Assembly (NCBI RefSeq): GCF_040938485.1
Contig: NW_027272500.1
Span: forward strand, 186,001 to 250,000
DNA: 64,000 nt
Source: Diadema antillarum
Lineage: Eukaryota
Reading direction: 5' to 3'
The notes under the pieces were generated by a model. That model saw nothing but the letters and a program-made list of their open reading frames with translations. It ran no database searches and was not told the DNA's origin. Shown piece after piece: positions 60,001 through 64,000 of the stretch. Position 1 is the first letter of the stretch. Every line of letters starts with the position of its first letter. The position numbers were made by a program, and so were the translations under genes.

Positions 60001-63000
60001 TAACGTTAGACATAATGTCACATATCTACACACAGTACGGTACTAGGGCTGAATTCACAAGTATACTAACACTGCACTGTACAGGAAAGCCACCTAACCT
60101 GTTAACTACTCGTAGTGTTTAGGTAGTATCACTAGACCACATACTGTCATAGATGACATCTACACCAACGCTGCACACTGGCACTGGTCCGACGGTCCCT
60201 GACCAGGAAAAATCACTGTTGGACACTGACCAGTAACTTTTTCAGGAATGGACCAGTAAAAATTGGGGGAAAAAATGGGTGGACTCTACCTACTATTACC
60301 ACTAGTCTAGATGTAGATCTACAGCTAGACTATAGACTCTGTGTTAATTTGACTTGGTCTTAGACTTCAGCTGATCTTAGTTTTAGTAACTGGTATTACA
60401 AGTAAAGTCTTAACTTAGACTTAATAGTTAAACTTGAAAGTTAAAGTCTAACATGTCTAACTTTATTCTTTACTCTTCCTTTGAGTTTTACTTTTAGACT
60501 TTTTACTTTTTGTTTCGTTTAGTAGGCCTACTTAGTCAATCTCATGATTTCATTTTCAACTCAAGTCAAGGCATAGCCATGAGTGTCTTCGAGACTTTGA
60601 CATCTTGCATGTCTTGCACACAGACGTTACGACTACAGTACTCAGTAGTCTCAGAAGTAACGACATAAGTTGAAAAGAAACTATAAATAATATGATTTGG
60701 GATCTAATTTGAAATTGGATGGCGTTTACAGACTAGGCTTCATAAGCATCACGCGATTGAATACATGGGACTACACTCTACCGCAATTAATGGTTATGGT
60801 AGTCCAACTGAAACTGTTATTTTGAGCATGATTTTAATAGGATTATAGCTTACCATTCACTTTACTCGTGGACAGTGGGCTGGCTTAGGTCGTCATTCAT
60901 CTTTCAGAAGGTTTGGTTCTCACTCTGAGATCTGGATTAGGGCCAAAACCTAATTCTAGGCCAGTAAGTTGAACAAAGCTCAAAATAATGCAACTGCGAC
61001 GGTTCGTAAAACCCGCATTGCTCTTCACCCTAGCAATTCGGGTTTCACGAACCGGCGTACCTTTCCTGCGTCGGTTCGTGAAACCCCTTTTTCTCAATTT
61101 CTCGATATTTCGAGTACCGTCGTTTTTTTCTTTCTTTGATAAAATTAAGACTAATTAATTTTGTGATCTAAAATTTGGGGATTTGGTAGAGTTTTGAAAG
61201 CACTTTCATTTGGTACCAATATCTCGATTTTGAAAATTTTGACCAAAATCGAAATAGCGTCGGTTCGTGAAAACACCGACGACATGATCAAATCCGCAAG
61301 ATTAGTCCGCGTATTGTGATGTGTCATTCAGTTTCCTGCTTCCCAAGCTGCCATGATTGTTGTTGTTTGTTGCTTTTTTTTTTGATGGTGCCTGGTTCTT
61401 TTATTTTACCCCAGATGAATTTTCATTTCATTATCTCTTCATTTTACACTTTATGAAATCTTTCAGATTTAGATTTCAAATCTGTGTCTGTATCACACTC
61501 AGATCATATGTCGACAATATACTTTCAGGTATTATATAGAACACTTTAAATGTATCTATAAATCACTGTTTTCAGCAAATTGAAAAAAAAAGCCAAAACT
61601 TAAATGAAATGAATATAGTTTGTCTTCTGAAGTTCGGAGAGATTAAAAAAAAAATCAGGGTATTCTACTCTTTTGGTAAAATCGGCGTTTCCAGTGTTTT
61701 ACTTGTTTTAACTGCATTTTTTTTCTAACAAGCTATTGAAATTTACTTAAGGCTTAAAGGGATCGCATAATTTTGGTTGAGACCTAACTTCAGGTTTCTA
61801 ACATTTTTTTTTTTTTTTTGTGGTGAGATAGTGAGAAACAACTTATGAAATATGAAATAGTCTGTAATCCCAAGAGTGAGTCAAAGTTTATTTGATGAAA
61901 ATTGGTTTTGGAATGACTGAGATATCGAAAACAGAGCAATACCCTCGTGGGACCCACCTTTCTTTAGGATCACTTTGTTTTTCTTCGTTTTTGGATGTCT
62001 CAGCAATTCCAAAGCAGATTTTCATCCTATTAACTTTGACTTCCTCTGAGAATGGTGTGCTCTGCATGTATCAGAAGTTAATAGCCCAATCCTCATCACC
62101 ACCAATACTATACCATACCTTAAAACCATGTAACACCGATCAGTGTTCTACCCTAATATAATATATAAGAATGAAAAAACAAGAAAATGAAGGAAACTCA
62201 CCTTTTTGTTTCTTACAAATACTGTACTTTCAGGGACTTTTGTTAAAACAGTATGTTCAAAACTGTAAAAAGTTACGGTTATCAAGCACAATTGAGATTT
62301 ACTACAAAATGTCTTGATCTGAACCAAACAAAAACATATTATAGGTTTGTAAATATGAATTGGATGGAATTCAATGCAATACAATTGATATATGGGACAT
62401 ATTATTATTCGTACTCAAAAAGGGAGTCCAAGTTTTAATTGTACTAGGTTTTGTCTTGATATTAAAAAAAAAAATTATCATGAGCCGTATTTTTCAATTC
62501 GGTATGGAAGATGGAAGAAAAATAATGGAGAAAGAGACAAGAACAATGATCAACGAATATCGTTAAAATTTGGTGAGTAATATCAAAGAAATATTAATGC
62601 CCCAATTTTGAAAATGGACGCGTTATGTCATGACGGGAAATGAAACATTGCATGTCAGTCCTATGTAGATCACGTAGTATCTGAAATCCTACACTAGCTC
62701 TCCCTGTCTGTTGACATGATGCTTTCTCGTCGTACCATATCATGTCGCACTGATATTGTTTTAACTGATTGTCATATTACCGGTTTTTGTTGACTTTTGT
62801 CATCCTCAGGTTCCGTGACGTGAATAATCTCACTGTACTTCCTCCATTAAAATGTACACGATACCAGATATGATAGCCACTATGCGCAATAAATGTGTAC
62901 GCGGATACAGGGATCAACTTTCACATGCAGACCCTTGAAATGCATGCATTCATATCAATGCGTTCATGAATGTGAGTGCATGTATCTGTGCATATTAGTA

Positions 63001-63539
63001 TATCTATTCAGATGTAAAGTACGGTCTTGATTCTCATGATGATCGTGTAGAAAATTTAAAGGAGAGAAATAAACTTATCTTAGTTGAATCTATCTCTCTC
63101 TTGGTTTACTTCCCCATGGCAAACCAGGAAAAAATATTCTAAAATATGTGACGAAAATGCACTTAAAGCAGCTGTTAAGCACCCTAAGAACTCTTCGATA
63201 TTAAAACATGTATTCAAACATTTCAAATAATCCTGGCTTGTTTAAAGGCAGTTATTTGAAATTTAACAGGGCACATGTAATACACACAACATGAAAAAAG
63301 TTTGACAATTTCTCACATCAAATCTAGGAAAAGTTCAACACATTGCACATTGGATTTACAAGCTACTGAAGGCAGGCTTTTTTTTTTAACTAGAAGGAGT
63401 TGTTTCTTTCCAACTCCTTCATTACTATTGATACATTCAACGTTTGTGAAACAGAAACTAAAATGATTCTTACAGGAAATGGTGATGGTTGGCGTCTTGT
63501 TCTGGGCCCAAGTCTGGTGGATCTTTTGCATGCCACCTC
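41252..63539 (-). CDS. Copy C: SP-(Ig-a)-X-SRCR-(Ig-b)-D1-D2-D3-D4-TM receptor; D1 has a nonsense codon (about 584 aa if D1 is skipped, otherwise truncated or a pseudogene)
   Basis: Exons: 63474-63539, 53839-53912 (ATG 53899), 53190-53362, 50523-50601, 49520-49828, 45788-45916, 44758-45039, 44130-44417, 43195-43473, 41862-42161, 41252-41388. TAA at 44936-44938 in D1. Confidence 0.65.
41862..42161 (-). CDS. Copy C stalk domain D4
   Basis: 300 nt (in-frame 6-nt insertion relative to B), phase 1/1, donor gtatta. Confidence 0.8.
42404..43094. mobile_element. TGTGAC-TIR MITE, TA TSD
   Basis: Both TIRs with TA flanks; absent from the equivalent D3-D4 intron of copy B. Confidence 0.85.
43195..43473 (-). 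CDS. Copy C stalk domain D3
   Basis: tttctcag|AC CCA...CCA G|gtagat, 279 nt, open. Confidence 0.85.
44130..44417 (-). CDS. Copy C stalk domain D2
   Basis: ttcactag|AA ACC...AGG G|gtgagc, 288 nt, open. Confidence 0.85.
44758..45039 (-). pseudogene. Copy C stalk exon D1 with premature TAA
   Basis: 282 nt, splice sites intact; TGT GAT TAA CCA where B has CGT GAC CAG CCA (44936-44938). Confidence 0.8.
45788..45916 (-). CDS. Copy C Ig-b exon
   Basis: 129 nt; TVKVKTYNVRSELALTPTVADHEGVLQCKVLSSEQTRTLQVQ, donor gtaagt. Confidence 0.85.
46797..47181. mobile_element. 385-bp MITE, TTAA TSD (Kolobok-like)
   Basis: ttaa|AGGGATAGTACAGTTTTGGTTGAGA...TCTCAACCAGAACTGTACGATCCCT|ttaa. Confidence 0.85.
47305..49131. 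mobile_element. 1.8-kb non-autonomous DNA transposon (TGAAGAG termini, TA TSD)
   Basis: About 35-bp TIRs (TGAAGAGCTCAGTTGCAAAAGGTACTAC / GTAGTACCTTTTGAAACCGAACTCTTCA); subterminal TTCGGTTGCAAAAGGTACTACATCCA repeats near 47460, 47492, 48872, 48900; no long ORF. Confidence 0.8.
49520..49828 (-). CDS. Copy C SRCR exon
   Basis: ttgcag|TG AGG...GAC A|gtaagt, 309 nt, full SRCR signature. Confidence 0.95.
50523..50601 (-). CDS. Copy C exon X
   Basis: 79 nt; TKSKSTAATLYNCDCNTGSSTCPGFA; donor gtgagt. Confidence 0.65.
53190..53362 (-). CDS. Copy C Ig-a exon
   Basis: cttttcag|CT GGA; GMTLNLEVPSPLRAGREVTAICTGNDVSGSAVPTWSLNGVNISDGFTTTSDVFVENT; reads through to TAG 53163-53165. Confidence 0.7.
53839..53912 (-). 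CDS. Copy C signal-peptide exon
   Basis: catacag|GAATC...GGT G|gtaagc; MIDNRVLVLFGLLFIYIHLG. Confidence 0.8.
57020..57115 (+). tRNA. tRNA-Thr(AGT)-like sequence, probably a SINE head or tRNA pseudogene
   Basis: A box TGGTCTAGTGG, anticodon arm CTGGT-CTAGTAA-TCCAG, B box GGTTCGAATCC, T-run at about 57103-57111; acceptor and T stems imperfect. Confidence 0.5.
57911..59010. repeat. About 540-bp tandem duplication inside the 6.9-kb element
   Basis: 57911-58450 aligns with 58451-59010 (period 542 at the exon-like acceptor). Confidence 0.85.
59150..60720. promoter_or_regulatory. Promoter-like segment carried by the 6.9-kb element
   Basis: ETS CCGGAAGT (59173), YY1-like CGCCATTT (59921), local CpG enrichment, dense TCTAGA/AGATCT/GTTAAC/AGGCCT palindromes, candidate splice donors on both strands. 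Confidence 0.4.
61758..62119. mobile_element. Inverted copy of the TTAA/AGGGAT MITE
   Basis: ttaa|AGGGATCGCATAATTTTGGTTGAGACC; body is the reverse complement of 46797-47181; right TIR degraded. Confidence 0.7.
63474..63539 (-). other. Copy C 66-nt 5' exon
   Basis: gcag|GAGGTGGCATG...TTTCCT|gtaaga. Confidence 0.55.
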
Positions 63540-63747
63540 CTGCGATCCAATACTCATGTGCATCAAAATTACAGAATTCTTTCATACTGAGAAGCTGTTT
63601 TTAATTAAAAACATTTTGGAAATCGGAGTCCAGTCTCGAAACTCGCGAACATAAGTTTTGGGAAAATTTCCTGTACATTTACTATTCGATAAAACTAGTC
63701 TAACACAATCACGTCAATAGCAACCAACAATATTATTCATATCATTT

Positions 63748-63785
<38 letters not shown>

Positions 63786-63789
<4 letters not shown>

Positions 63790-63861
63790 GAACTTGCTAC
63801 CAAAAGGCGCTAAATCCATTGAAAATGATGGATTTAGCGCCTTTTGGAAGCAAGCTCTTCA
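63786..63861. mobile_element. About 75-bp palindromic mini-MITE in a (TA)n tract
   Basis: TGAAGAACTTGC...GCAAGCTCTTCA hairpin. Confidence 0.75.
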
Positions 63862-63862
63862 C

Positions 63863-63907
<45 letters not shown>

Positions 63908-64000
63908 CATTTATACATATATATATATATATATATATCTGAGTTGCCTGCCTCTTTTTCAAGAAGTTTTGCCTAATTGAAATATTCCTTATGATTCTTT

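Larger units (their letters stand above)
54378..61282. mobile_element. 6.9-kb TIR element inserted in the intron upstream of the copy C signal exon
   Basis: 33-bp TIR TCGTCGGYGTTTTCACGAACCGACGCTATTTCG; flanks rejoin to the copy A sequence tctcacatga (about 12943); TSD is CA or ACAT depending on the terminus; no long ORF. Confidence 0.9.
1..64000. repeat. Three tandem segmental duplication units (about 16.0, 21.7 and 26.4 kb)
   Basis: Positions 1-2000 align with about 15960-17900 and about 37640-40200; 63945-64000 aligns with 15804-15860; introns are collinear between units. Confidence 0.9.

Noticed and set aside
1-64000. CRISPR array, rRNA, operons or other prokaryotic systems
   Set aside because: No regularly spaced short direct repeats with unique spacers; the sequence is spliced eukaryotic DNA.

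Overview
AT-rich, microsatellite-dense eukaryotic genomic DNA. It is probably from an invertebrate deuterostome such as a sea urchin; this is an inference from the SRCR expansion and repeat style, not a database result. The window is almost entirely three head-to-tail copies (A about 1-15960, B about 15960-37640, C about 37640-64000) of one multi-exon minus-strand gene, and both window ends run into further copies. Each copy reads: 66-nt 5' exon, signal-peptide exon, first half of an Ig domain (Ig-a), small Cys-rich exon X, SRCR exon with extra cysteines, second half of the Ig domain (Ig-b), 0 (A), 5 (B) or 4 (C) unusual 4-5-Cys Ig-like stalk exons, and a transmembrane exon with a 9-11 aa tail. 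The most striking feature is that the SRCR module lies between the two halves of a single Ig domain. The paralogs differ in stalk-exon number, carry nonsense codons only in skippable phase-1 exons, and look mosaic. Introns hold many MITEs/DNA transposons, including a 6.9-kb TIR element with promoter-like sequence and exon-like fragments, and a tRNA-Thr-like SINE head. There is one 136-N gap. No CRISPR array, rRNA or prokaryotic feature was seen. All coordinates, translations and identities were derived by hand and may be off by a few nt or percent. No gene symbol is recognised.
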